Part shown: in pieces, positions 10,206 through 19,204 of the stretch | How the letters are laid out: each line of letters begins with the position of its first letter | Numbering within the stretch: the first letter of the stretch is position 1 | From: Candidatus Pacearchaeota archaeon | Lineage (GTDB): Archaea; Nanobdellota; Nanobdellia; Pacearchaeales; GW2011-AR1 | Length of the DNA: 64,000 nucleotides | Assembly (NCBI GenBank): GCA_018221305.1 | Contig: JAAOYK010000051.1 | Location: 20,085-84,084 of the forward strand | Direction: 5' to 3' | Notes under the pieces: generated by a model | Told to the model about the DNA's origin: nothing | What the model saw: only the letters and a program-made list of their open reading frames with translations | The model's database searches: none | Translations under genes and position numbers: made by a program

Positions 10206-10898
10206 ATGTTAGCATTAATAACCCAACGAGATTTTGCAGACCCAAAACTTGGAAAGCTAGACGCATTAGAACAAAACTATGTTGATTACTATCATCAAGA
10301 CTGGGGCTTTACTCTGGTTCCAGTTTCAACACAAACCAAAGTTTTAGGATCATACTTTGATCTAGACCCTTCTTTAATAATCCTTTCAGGAGGCAATGAT
10401 ATTTCTCCAGACCTCTATAATGGAAAACCCTTTCCTAGCACATCAATATCTAAACAAAGGGACAGACTCGAGAGAAAAATAATATCAGCAGCCATAAACA
10501 GAAAAATTCCAATACTTGGTGAATGTCGTGGCATGCAACTTTTAAACACTTATTTTAAAGGAACCTTGCTACCAGACATTAAGCAATCTTACCAAGAAAA
10601 CCATACCGCAACAACACATCCAATCCAAATAATTCATGAAGATCTTGCAAAAACACTTGGCATAAAAAACGCTACAGTTAATTCATACCATAATCAAGGC
10701 ATTACAGAAAAAGAATTATCACCCCAGCTAAAGGCTTTCGCAAAAACAAAAAATGGAATTATTGAAGGCATATATCACCCAAACTTACCAATTCTTGGCA
10801 TAATGTGGCATCCAGAACGAGGAGACTGTACAAAACAAGTTAGTGAAAAAATAATCGACACTTTCTTAAGAGATAAAAACTATTTTACAAAGACTTAA
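10206..10898 (+). CDS. Class I glutamine amidotransferase / peptidase C26 (PuuD- and Cj1417-like gamma-glutamyl hydrolase)
   Basis: 230 aa. Nucleophile elbow ILGECRGMQLLN and His/Glu motif GIMWHPER. Confidence 0.85.
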   Translation: MLALITQRDFADPKLGKLDALEQNYVDYYHQDWGFTLVPVSTQTKVLGSYFDLDPSLIILSGGNDISPDLYNGKPFPSTSISKQRDRLERKIISAAINRKIPILGECRGMQLLNTYFKGTLLPDIKQSYQENHTATTHPIQIIHEDLAKTLGIKNATVNSYHNQGITEKELSPQLKAFAKTKNGIIEGIYHPNLPILGIMWHPERGDCTKQVSEKIIDTFLRDKNYFTKT

Positions 10899-11994
10899 TC
10901 TTTGACCTTATTTTTAAATCATCATGTGCTAGATGCAAAACTTCTTTTAAAATCCAAAACAGTTTAACTAATGGCCTACCAATCAATGGCACCATGTATA
11001 ATATTCTTAAACCTCTCAAACCAAAACTTCTTAATCCTTTATAATGACCATTTATCATAGATAATGACAAATTTCGTCTTGTAGCAAAATATTCAACCCA
11101 CAACGGTTCAAACATTTTACGCTTTTTATAATCAAACATTGTAAACATGTCTGAGAACATAAACTGTGTAAAATTAATCTCAGCAGTTGACATTTTATCT
11201 TCCCATTTTGGTTTAGCAAAAACAGGGTTTGGAACATCACTTAAAACACCAGTAATCGATGTTACTCTTTGCTTATTCATACCATAAAAAGGTAGTCCAA
11301 AAAAAGTTGCAGAATTTATTGTTTTATCTTTACTTATCTTTAACCAATCAACTAATACTTGTTTTATCTTTTCATAATCAGTATGCAATGTTTCATGCCG
11401 TATTACCAACATATCCATTTTTCTCTTTTTCTTTAACTTCTTATATAAATTTAATGTACTACGCAAAATCATAACTGCAGCAACTAAGGATTCAGTCTTT
11501 TTCCCTCCAAGAAAGCTCGACCTGGGGTCTCTAGCCAAAAATAACATTTTTTGTTTAGGAAAATGTCCTACCATCTCCAAGAAAACATCTGGCCAATGCG
11601 AATGTGCAAAAATATATTTTACTTTTTTCAAATCCTTTTTAAAATGTCGGGCATAGGCATAATGAACCCCAATAAAAACAGTTTTTGCACTTATCCCGAA
11701 TTCATCAATATACTCTTTAAAATATTTTCTAAATTCCTTTTTTGGAAATTTTTTTTCTAAATCATAATTTCCAATATACATATCAACACGCTCCTTCATA
11801 CGGTTATAATTCAAATCAACAAGATCTTCAAAGTTTTTACCTTTTACATCCTTTTCTCGCAAATAATAAAATATAATAGTTACAATTTCCGGATGTCCAT
11901 CAAAAAGCCCTTGCATAAAAACACTACTAGCCCTACCAAAAGGAATCATATTTATCAAGTTAATCTTGTCGGGGTGAAAATTATGAAAAATCAT
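10885..11994 (-). CDS. Sulfotransferase-fold protein (candidate PAPS-like-donor transferase)
   Basis: The track ORF extends to 12099, but that would overlap the divergent gene and its promoter. The ATG at 11994 (MIFHNFHPDK...) sits ~28 nt from the TATA box. PFGRASSVF (5'-PSB-like) and LARDPRSSFLG (3'-PB-like) motifs are present. Confidence 0.5.
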   Translation of the reverse strand: MIFHNFHPDKINLINMIPFGRASSVFMQGLFDGHPEIVTIIFYYLREKDVKGKNFEDLVDLNYNRMKERVDMYIGNYDLEKKFPKKEFRKYFKEYIDEFGISAKTVFIGVHYAYARHFKKDLKKVKYIFAHSHWPDVFLEMVGHFPKQKMLFLARDPRSSFLGGKKTESLVAAVMILRSTLNLYKKLKKKRKMDMLVIRHETLHTDYEKIKQVLVDWLKISKDKTINSATFFGLPFYGMNKQRVTSITGVLSDVPNPVFAKPKWEDKMSTAEINFTQFMFSDMFTMFDYKKRKMFEPLWVEYFATRRNLSLSMINGHYKGLRSFGLRGLRILYMVPLIGRPLVKLFWILKEVLHLAHDDLKIRSKIKSL

Positions 11995-12005
11995 CTTGGT
12001 TTTAT

Positions 12006-12038
12006 ACCAAAAACCAAATTTATAAACTCTTATTTGCT
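12006..12038. promoter_or_regulatory. 33-nt promoter element (copy 2); palindromic TATA TTTATAAA (12019-12026) is equidistant from divergent starts 11994(-) and 12048(+)
   Basis: ACCAAAAACCAAATTTATAAACTCTTaTTTGCT. The TATA centre lies 28.5 nt from the minus-strand ATG and 25.5 nt from the plus-strand ATG. Confidence 0.6.
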
Positions 12039-12047
12039 CAAAAAACA

Positions 12048-13310
12048 ATGATTGAATATATAATATTAGCCTTATTTTTAGGAATTTTAGCCGGAACATT
12101 TACAGGCCTAATACCAGGAATTCATATAAATTTAATAACAGTAATACTTTTAGGCCTTTCTGCAACATTACTTTCTATCACAACACCACTTATTTTAGTA
12201 ATCTTTATTGTATCAATGTCAATAACTCACACATTTATTGACTACATACCTTCAATATTTTTAGGAGCACCTGATGAAGATTCTTTTTTATCAATTCTTC
12301 CAGGTCATCAGTTATTACTTAAAGGCAGGGCGTATCCTGCAGTAATCCTTACATTATACGGAAGTTTAACAGCCTTACTAATCATCCTAATATTTACTCC
12401 ATTATTTTTATATATTCTTCCAAAAGTCTACCCATTTCTTAGCCAAATTATTTGGGTCATACTTCTCATAGTCTCTTTATACATAATTTTAGACGAAGGC
12501 GGGCTTTCAAAAAAAGGTTTTATATTAAACTATAACAAAAAATTATGGGCACTAATTATTTTCATTTTGGCAGGATTTTTAGGCATAACAACATTAAACT
12601 TAAACATCTCCCAACCCCTACTTCCACTACTCACAGGACTATTTGGAGCAAGCAGCATTATTTTAAGCATTAAGCATAAAACAAAAGTACCAAAACAGAA
12701 AATTATTCCATTAAAAGAAATAAGATTAAACAAAAAGTCAGCAATTAAAGCTACAATAGGATCTATTATTGCATCCCCATTTACTGCATTTCTTCCAGGC
12801 CTTGGAGCAAGTACTGCCGCAGTCATAGGCAAATCAGCAACAAGAATAAAAGATCAACGCGAATTCTTATTTTTACTTGGAGCAATTAATACAATTGTTA
12901 TGGGTCTCTCATTTATAACATTATACGCAGTAGGCAAAACACGAACAGGAGCTGCTATCGCAGTTTCACAGCTGATTCCAGAATTAACACACATAAATCT
13001 GATCTATATAATAGCAGTAATATTATTTTCAGGAATAATAGCCGCGGTTATAACAATTCTATTATCAAAACTTATTGCAAAAAATATACATCGTTTTAAT
13101 TATGCGAAAATCTCATTAGTTGTTCTAGGAATTTTATTTTTTCTGGTCTTCTTACTCTCAGACATGTTAAACCTGATTGGAGGATTAATTGGCTTAATAG
13201 TCTTTATAACAGCTACTGCTCTTGGCCTTTTTGCAATTCAATTAGGAATTAAAAGAATACATCTTATGGGTTGTTTAATAATCCCAATAATTTTGTTTTA
13301 TCTGCTTTAA
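12048..13310 (+). CDS. TctA-family (DUF112) membrane transporter subunit
   Basis: 420 aa, about 10-12 TM helices. Duplicated PG(I/L)G motifs (GTFTGLIPGIHINL; FLPGLGASTAAVIG). Confidence 0.6.
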   Translation: MIEYIILALFLGILAGTFTGLIPGIHINLITVILLGLSATLLSITTPLILVIFIVSMSITHTFIDYIPSIFLGAPDEDSFLSILPGHQLLLKGRAYPAVILTLYGSLTALLIILIFTPLFLYILPKVYPFLSQIIWVILLIVSLYIILDEGGLSKKGFILNYNKKLWALIIFILAGFLGITTLNLNISQPLLPLLTGLFGASSIILSIKHKTKVPKQKIIPLKEIRLNKKSAIKATIGSIIASPFTAFLPGLGASTAAVIGKSATRIKDQREFLFLLGAINTIVMGLSFITLYAVGKTRTGAAIAVSQLIPELTHINLIYIIAVILFSGIIAAVITILLSKLIAKNIHRFNYAKISLVVLGILFFLVFLLSDMLNLIGGLIGLIVFITATALGLFAIQLGIKRIHLMGCLIIPIILFYLL

Positions 13311-13342
13311 ATAATTACTAAAATAAAATTAAGAAAATGATT

Positions 13343-14674
13343 TTAATTTTCGCCCCAACAATCAAGACATAGTTCTTCTCTTGGCTTTTGTATAGCTTCT
13401 TCTAAATCTTCAATAGTTGCATAAAATAATCCATCCAAGCCCCGAGTTTCTCGGATCTGATCTAAACTCATCCTCTGAGCAATACAATCACTAGCTTTTT
13501 CAGTAGATTTTCCATAACTACATGCAGCCATCAAAGGTGGGCATGCAATCATTGCATAAACTGCTTTTGCACCCATTTCTTTTAATCTTTTAGTTTGTAT
13601 CTGCGTTTGAGTCCCTCTAACAATTGAATCATCCACAACAACAATACGTTTTCCTTCAATTATTTCCCTAACCGGAATTAACTTCTCCTCTGCAACTTCA
13701 TGCCTTTCAACATCAGTTCCTGGAGTAAAACTTCTTCCACAGTAATCAAATTTCTTAAAAACTTCTAAATAATCAGTACCCAGTTTCTTTGACAAAACAT
13801 TAGCTACACCTGTTGAATGGCATCTTCCAGAATTTGGAATAGGAGAAACAATATCAGCATCAATTTCATCTCCATACCTTTTAGCAAGCAAAGCGCCAAT
13901 AGCATTTCTTGCCAACTCAACACTTCTCCCATCAATGACTGATGCAGGATGTGCGGTATAAACCCATTCAAAAGTTCCATATTTAATAGGTTTCAAATCA
14001 AATTTCTTAACACTATGAATTCCTTCATTATCCAATAAAACAACTTCTCCAGGCTCAACATCACGCACAATTTCAAATCCTGGGTTAATAAATGAGACAC
14101 TTTCAGAAGAAACAGCATAAGATTTTTTTTCAATATGTTTTCCAAGTATCAATGGTTTTCTTCCCCAACCTCTTGCAGCATAAACGCCCTGAGGAGTTAA
14201 GGCAGTAACTGCAAAATCCCCTTGCATTTTATCAATCAAACTTTCAATTCCAGTCTCAAAATCTGGTTCTCTTGCAATAATTTTAGAGATTAAAACACTA
14301 TCACAAATTTCTTCAGGATTATGATACCCTGAAAAGCTACAATTATCTTTCAAAAGATCATTTTTAATCTCATCATAATTTAGTAGATTACCATCATAAC
14401 ATAACATCATTCCCCCAGAATTAGACAATTCTGAGACAGGTTCACGATTTCCAGAAACACTCCCAATAACATAGTTCCCTTGCATATGTCTTAATCTTTC
14501 TTTTGTAAAACTTTGCTTAATTAATCCTTTGTGAGTAGAATTTTTTAATTTATTATCATCATTTTTCCAAGCTAAACCAGAATATCCTTCAGAACGGTTT
14601 TGTAAATAAAAAGTACAAGTTAATGCATCTTTCATACAATCATCTTCAGACACTACACCTACAATACCACTCAT
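13343..14674 (-). CDS. purF: Amidophosphoribosyltransferase-like protein (PurF family) with Ser at the Ntn nucleophile position
   Basis: 443 aa. Intact PRTase motif VVVDDSIVRGTQT. The N-terminus reads MSGIVGV instead of MCGIVG. Cys-rich C-terminus (CPPLMAACSYG...CLDC). Confidence 0.75.
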   Translation of the reverse strand: MSGIVGVVSEDDCMKDALTCTFYLQNRSEGYSGLAWKNDDNKLKNSTHKGLIKQSFTKERLRHMQGNYVIGSVSGNREPVSELSNSGGMMLCYDGNLLNYDEIKNDLLKDNCSFSGYHNPEEICDSVLISKIIAREPDFETGIESLIDKMQGDFAVTALTPQGVYAARGWGRKPLILGKHIEKKSYAVSSESVSFINPGFEIVRDVEPGEVVLLDNEGIHSVKKFDLKPIKYGTFEWVYTAHPASVIDGRSVELARNAIGALLAKRYGDEIDADIVSPIPNSGRCHSTGVANVLSKKLGTDYLEVFKKFDYCGRSFTPGTDVERHEVAEEKLIPVREIIEGKRIVVVDDSIVRGTQTQIQTKRLKEMGAKAVYAMIACPPLMAACSYGKSTEKASDCIAQRMSLDQIRETRGLDGLFYATIEDLEEAIQKPREELCLDCWGEN

Positions 14675-14804
14675 TTTTTTTAAACACCTTTTCTCTACTT
14701 AAAAAAAATTTTTCCTTTTTAAATTCAATGGTACTTTAACCTATACTTTTGCCTATAACCCACAAAAATATACCACTCCACAATAAAACAAAAAAAATGT
14801 AAGA

Positions 14805-14812
14805 TTTATAAA
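14805..14812 (+). promoter_or_regulatory. TATA box TTTATAAA upstream of 14840 gene
   Basis: Same ATTTATAAACT core as the 33-nt element. Centre ~31 nt upstream of the ATG. Confidence 0.5.
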
Positions 14813-14839
14813 CTAGAATTAACACGTAATTGCATTCAG

Positions 14840-17086
14840 ATGGTAGAAAAAAACGAAGGTTCTAGCTCGTTAAAAGATCAAAATCTATGTTGCTTTTTAA
14901 GCAATTATCCCCCAAAAGAGTGTGGGATAGCAACGTTTGCTAAAGACCTACTTTTTGCAATGAACAAAAGATTTAATCCTAGATTAAAATCTCGTGTGAT
15001 CGCTTTAGATGATTCAACAAGCATATATAATTATGATAAAAATGTTATCATGCAGATTAATAAGGAAAGCATAGACAGTTATATTGAACATGCCAAAAAT
15101 GTCAATAATAACCCAGACATAAAACTAGTTTGCATACAGCACGAATTTGGGATTTTTGGAGGAGAATACGGGAAAAACTTGATTCCATTTTTAGAACATG
15201 TTGAAAAACCAGTAGTTATCACATTTCATAGTGTACTTCCAGATCCTGATGAAGAAAGGAGAGAAGTTGTTAAGAAAATTGTAGCCAAATCTTCTGCAAT
15301 AGTTGTCATGGCAGATATCGCAGTAGAGATATTAAATAGAGATTACGGGATTGATAAAAGCAAATTATATGTCATACGTCATGGCATCCCAAACGTACCT
15401 TTTTATCCAAGCACTTATTTTAAAAAACGCCTAAACTTAAAAAATCGCACCGTACTTTCAACATTTGGACTTTTAAGCAGAGGAAAAGGAATAGAAGATG
15501 CTATTGAATCATTAGTCCCTTTAGTTAAAAAGTATCCAAACATCCTTTACTTAATAATTGGTGAAACTCATCCAGCAATAAGAAAAAATGAAGGAGAAGT
15601 TTATCGTGAAGAATTAATCAAAAAGGTTGAAAGTTTAGGCCTGCAAAATAATGTCAAATTTTATAATAAATATTTATCCTTACAAGAAATCATCCAGTAT
15701 TTACTAGCAACAGACATTTATCTATGCACAAACTTAGAAAGAAACCAAATTGTAAGCGGAACTTTATCTTATGCATTAGGATGCGGACGTGCGGTTGTTT
15801 CAACACCAATAATATACGCAGAAGAAATTCTTGCGAACAATGCAGGATTATTAGCAGAATTCAAAAATCCAGAATCATTTTCAAATGCTATTGAACGCAT
15901 TTTATCAGATAAGACGCTACGTACAGACATTGAAAGAAATGCATACCAGAAAAGCAGATCAATGATTTGGTCAAATGTTGCAGCAAGATATCTAAGTACA
16001 TTTAACAGGGTCGTAAGGCTTAGAGAAGAAACAACAAAAAAGTATCCTCCAGTAAAAATGAATCACCTATACTCATTAACAGACAATCTTGGATGTATCC
16101 AATTTTCAAGAGATGCTGTGCCAGACAAGACCTCAGGTTACACAACAGATGATAATGCACGAGCATTTATCGCTGCTACAATACACCATAACCTAACCAA
16201 ATCAGCAAGATCATTAAAGGCTGCCAAGATTTATTTAGACTTTGTAGAACAAGCTCAAGAAAAAAATGGAAATTTTAAAAACAATTTTCAAAATGAAAAC
16301 GAAGTCCTAGACACTTATAGCCCAGATTCTTTTGGAAGAACAATGTGGGCACTAGGGTACGCTATAAACAAAAGTAAAGATAAAGACATAAAAATTAAAG
16401 CAAACAAATTATTTCTTAAAGCCCTACCACGCATAAAACAACTGGATGCTGCACGAGCAAAAGCATTTACAATAATTGGACTCACACATTATTACAAAAA
16501 ACGGGGAGGTAGCAAGATAAGGATATTAATTAAATGGCTTGCGAACTCACTTCTCAAACAATACAAACACGAATCAAGTGCAGACTGGCATTGGTTTGAA
16601 AAAAACTTAACCTATTCAAATTCAAAAATACCTGAAGCACTTTTCAGGGCATATGAGATAACAAAAAACAAAAAATATCGTGATGTTGCTGAAAGAACCT
16701 TACACTTCTTGTCAGACATATTATTTGTTAATGACGAAATGATGCCAATTGGACAAGATGGCTGGTTTAATAAAGACGGGAAAAGAGCATTATTTGATCA
16801 ACAACCAGTTGACGTGTCTTCCATGGTACAAACTTATCTCATAGCATCTAAAATAACAGGAGATAAACACTACCATGAAAAAGCAGTTCTAGCCTTTAAC
16901 TGGTTCTTAGGTAGAAATTATCTGAAACAAATGGTTTATAATGAAACAACCGGAGGATGTTTTGACGGATTATCAAAAGACAATGTTAATCTAAATCAAG
17001 GCGCAGAATCAACAATCTCTTACTTAATAGCACGTCTTTTACTTGAAGAGTTCAAGCAAAAAAGTAAGAAAAGAAAAAGGAAATAA
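14840..17086 (+). CDS. GT4-family glycosyltransferase fused to a C-terminal alpha/alpha-toroid-like domain
   Basis: 748 aa. N-terminal FLSNYPPKECGIATFAKDL and a GT-B core (~aa 1-390). C-terminal ~350 aa is helical-repeat rich (DDNARAFIAA, FGRTMWALGYA, GAESTISYLIA). Confidence 0.65.
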   Translation: MVEKNEGSSSLKDQNLCCFLSNYPPKECGIATFAKDLLFAMNKRFNPRLKSRVIALDDSTSIYNYDKNVIMQINKESIDSYIEHAKNVNNNPDIKLVCIQHEFGIFGGEYGKNLIPFLEHVEKPVVITFHSVLPDPDEERREVVKKIVAKSSAIVVMADIAVEILNRDYGIDKSKLYVIRHGIPNVPFYPSTYFKKRLNLKNRTVLSTFGLLSRGKGIEDAIESLVPLVKKYPNILYLIIGETHPAIRKNEGEVYREELIKKVESLGLQNNVKFYNKYLSLQEIIQYLLATDIYLCTNLERNQIVSGTLSYALGCGRAVVSTPIIYAEEILANNAGLLAEFKNPESFSNAIERILSDKTLRTDIERNAYQKSRSMIWSNVAARYLSTFNRVVRLREETTKKYPPVKMNHLYSLTDNLGCIQFSRDAVPDKTSGYTTDDNARAFIAATIHHNLTKSARSLKAAKIYLDFVEQAQEKNGNFKNNFQNENEVLDTYSPDSFGRTMWALGYAINKSKDKDIKIKANKLFLKALPRIKQLDAARAKAFTIIGLTHYYKKRGGSKIRILIKWLANSLLKQYKHESSADWHWFEKNLTYSNSKIPEALFRAYEITKNKKYRDVAERTLHFLSDILFVNDEMMPIGQDGWFNKDGKRALFDQQPVDVSSMVQTYLIASKITGDKHYHEKAVLAFNWFLGRNYLKQMVYNETTGGCFDGLSKDNVNLNQGAESTISYLIARLLLEEFKQKSKKRKRK

Positions 17087-17094
17087 TTTTATTC

Positions 17095-17964
17095 TTAAAC
17101 CCACGTCAAACCCTGGAAATCAAACTTAAAATCAATAACATGCTTTCCAAAATATTTTCTTATTTTACGCTTATCACCAAGAAATAAAATACATCCCCCA
17201 CCCCCAGAGCCACAAACCTTTGCTGCAACAGCCCCATTTCGCATGCCTTGCTTGATTAGTTTTTTTGTTTTAGATGGAACAATAGATTTATGCAATTTCT
17301 CCCTTTCCTTAGTTTCTTCATTCATTAATTCTGCAAACCTTCCTAAGTCATGCTTCAATAAGGCATCCTTCATCTCAATAGCAATATGTTTTATCCTCAA
17401 CAAATTTTTTGTGTTCTTTCCTTTTTTAAGATTTTCAATCATAGAGCCATTAGTATTTCCAGAAAAGTGCGGCTTGCCAGTATAAACCAAAACAAGTTTA
17501 TCCTCAAACTCTTTTATAAACTTCTTGCCCAACTTTAACGGCTTTACTTTTACCTTATCTCCTTTAAACTCAATAAAATTAATTCCACCAAAAGCTGCAG
17601 CATACTGATCCTGTTTTCCTCCAATCAAACCCATAGCTTGCTCTAAAGAATAAACAGTCTCTGCTAATTGCATTTTATTTTTAAAACTAACCCCGCCCTT
17701 CTTCCTCATCTTTATTTGACTAATCAAAGCAAGCCACACCAAATTCATAACTCCACTAGTACCAAGCCCGCTACTTGTAGGCGTATTTCCAGTATATTCC
17801 AAGTGGACATTCTCACTAGTCTTAATAATCTTACCAACAACATATCGATTAATCCCACAATTTAAAACTGCTCCACCATGCGTATGAGTAAACGGATGAA
17901 TATCAGTAGTTCCACCTCCAAAATCGATTCGTACTGGTGCTCGCACTTTTTTAGTTTTTATCAT
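17095..17964 (-). CDS. GHMP-family sugar kinase (HddA / fucokinase-like)
   Basis: 289 aa. RAPVRIDFGGGTTD N-terminus and GHMP motif PTSSGLGTSGV. Confidence 0.7.
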   Translation of the reverse strand: MIKTKKVRAPVRIDFGGGTTDIHPFTHTHGGAVLNCGINRYVVGKIIKTSENVHLEYTGNTPTSSGLGTSGVMNLVWLALISQIKMRKKGGVSFKNKMQLAETVYSLEQAMGLIGGKQDQYAAAFGGINFIEFKGDKVKVKPLKLGKKFIKEFEDKLVLVYTGKPHFSGNTNGSMIENLKKGKNTKNLLRIKHIAIEMKDALLKHDLGRFAELMNEETKEREKLHKSIVPSKTKKLIKQGMRNGAVAAKVCGSGGGGCILFLGDKRKIRKYFGKHVIDFKFDFQGLTWV

Positions 17965-17971
17965 TTTATGA

Positions 17972-18796
17972 TTAATTCCTGTTTCTTACAAGTAAGCTTG
18001 CCCCTAAACTACCAGGATGATCCAATCGGCTCCATACAATTTTAGTTTTTCTGGGGAGTTTTGAATACTCATACACTTTCTGCTGAATAGGCTTTAAAAG
18101 TTTTGATCCACATTCCCTAACACCCCCAGTCAAAACAACAAGTTCTGGATCAAAAACATTTACTAAAGATCCAACACCCTGACCAATATATGTTGCTAAG
18201 TAATCCAAAATAATCTTTGCATTAGGTCCGCCCTTTTTCAAAACTTCGCTTACATACATATCTTTTTTAAAATACTTTTTAATCAGTTTAGCTTTTTCTT
18301 GCCATAAAGTTTCTAAATCTTTGCCATTATGCAAAACAATATGTCCAAGCTCACCCCCATACCCCTGACCAAGATAAAGCTCATTGTTCATAATTACTCC
18401 ACCACCAACACCAGTGCCCAAGGTTATAACTATAATATTTCTTTTTCTAACACCCATTCGTGCCTCTGCCAAAGCAACACAATTAGCATCATTTTCAACC
18501 TCAACATGAATTTTAAATCTTTTTACTAAATATTTTTTAAGATCAAAATTTCTAATCGGCAGGTTTGGAGGATTTTTTATAATCCCATCTTGTAAAGGTC
18601 CAGGAGAAGAAACACCAATACCTATAACATCTTTATCCATTAAACTAGAAATCATCTCGCACATCTTTTCTAAAATTTCATTTTGAGTTTTTGGTGTCTT
18701 TTCTTTATGATACTCAACAATACAATTTTTTTCAACCAAAGATACACGCAAGTTAGTACCTCCAAGATCAATGGCAATAATTTTATCTACGCCCAT
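17972..18796 (-). CDS. ROK-family glucokinase/sugar kinase
   Basis: IAIDLGGTNLRVSLV and GGELGH motifs. Start moved to the ATG at 18796 (MGVDKII...), which has a GGAGGA Shine-Dalgarno 6-7 nt upstream. Confidence 0.8.
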   Translation of the reverse strand: MGVDKIIAIDLGGTNLRVSLVEKNCIVEYHKEKTPKTQNEILEKMCEMISSLMDKDVIGIGVSSPGPLQDGIIKNPPNLPIRNFDLKKYLVKRFKIHVEVENDANCVALAEARMGVRKRNIIVITLGTGVGGGVIMNNELYLGQGYGGELGHIVLHNGKDLETLWQEKAKLIKKYFKKDMYVSEVLKKGGPNAKIILDYLATYIGQGVGSLVNVFDPELVVLTGGVRECGSKLLKPIQQKVYEYSKLPRKTKIVWSRLDHPGSLGASLLVRNRN

Positions 18797-19118
18797 ATTT
18801 ATCCTCCAAACGAATTTCATCATTCTGATCAAAATGCCCTAAGCTTACTTCCAATACTTCAACCTTTTTCCCTTTAGAAAATATACGGTGCGCTTGCATT
18901 TTTTGAATCGTAATAGTATCACCTTTTTTCATTTTCTTTTCTCGCTTTCCTAACTGCACCCAACCGTCTGTTAAAAAATGCCAAACTTCTTTTCGCTTCC
19001 TATGTTTTTGTAAACTCAATATCTGAAAAGGTTTAACTATTAAAATCTTCACAGTAGACAATTCATTGTGTATGAAATGTTTTTCCCCACCCCAAGGTTT
19101 CTTAACAGACTTCACCAT
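18783..19118 (-). CDS. Cupin-domain protein, type II phosphomannose-isomerase-like
   Basis: 111 aa. KPWGGEKHF...LSLQKHRKRKEVWHF cupin motif. Confidence 0.65.
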   Translation of the reverse strand: MVKSVKKPWGGEKHFIHNELSTVKILIVKPFQILSLQKHRKRKEVWHFLTDGWVQLGKREKKMKKGDTITIQKMQAHRIFSKGKKVEVLEVSLGHFDQNDEIRLEDKYGRR

Positions 19119-19204
19119 CTTTTTCTTAATTAAATAAACTAAAAATCATTTAAATAGGTTTGGATTCAGGAAAGCTTTATTAATAAAATAAAACATTCTC
19201 AGAT

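Noticed and set aside
12048-12099. 52-nt overlap of the divergent track ORFs 10885-12099(-) and 12048-13310(+)
   Set aside because: This is an artefact of taking the longest ORF. The minus-strand gene most likely starts at the ATG at 11994, downstream of the shared TATA box, which removes the overlap.
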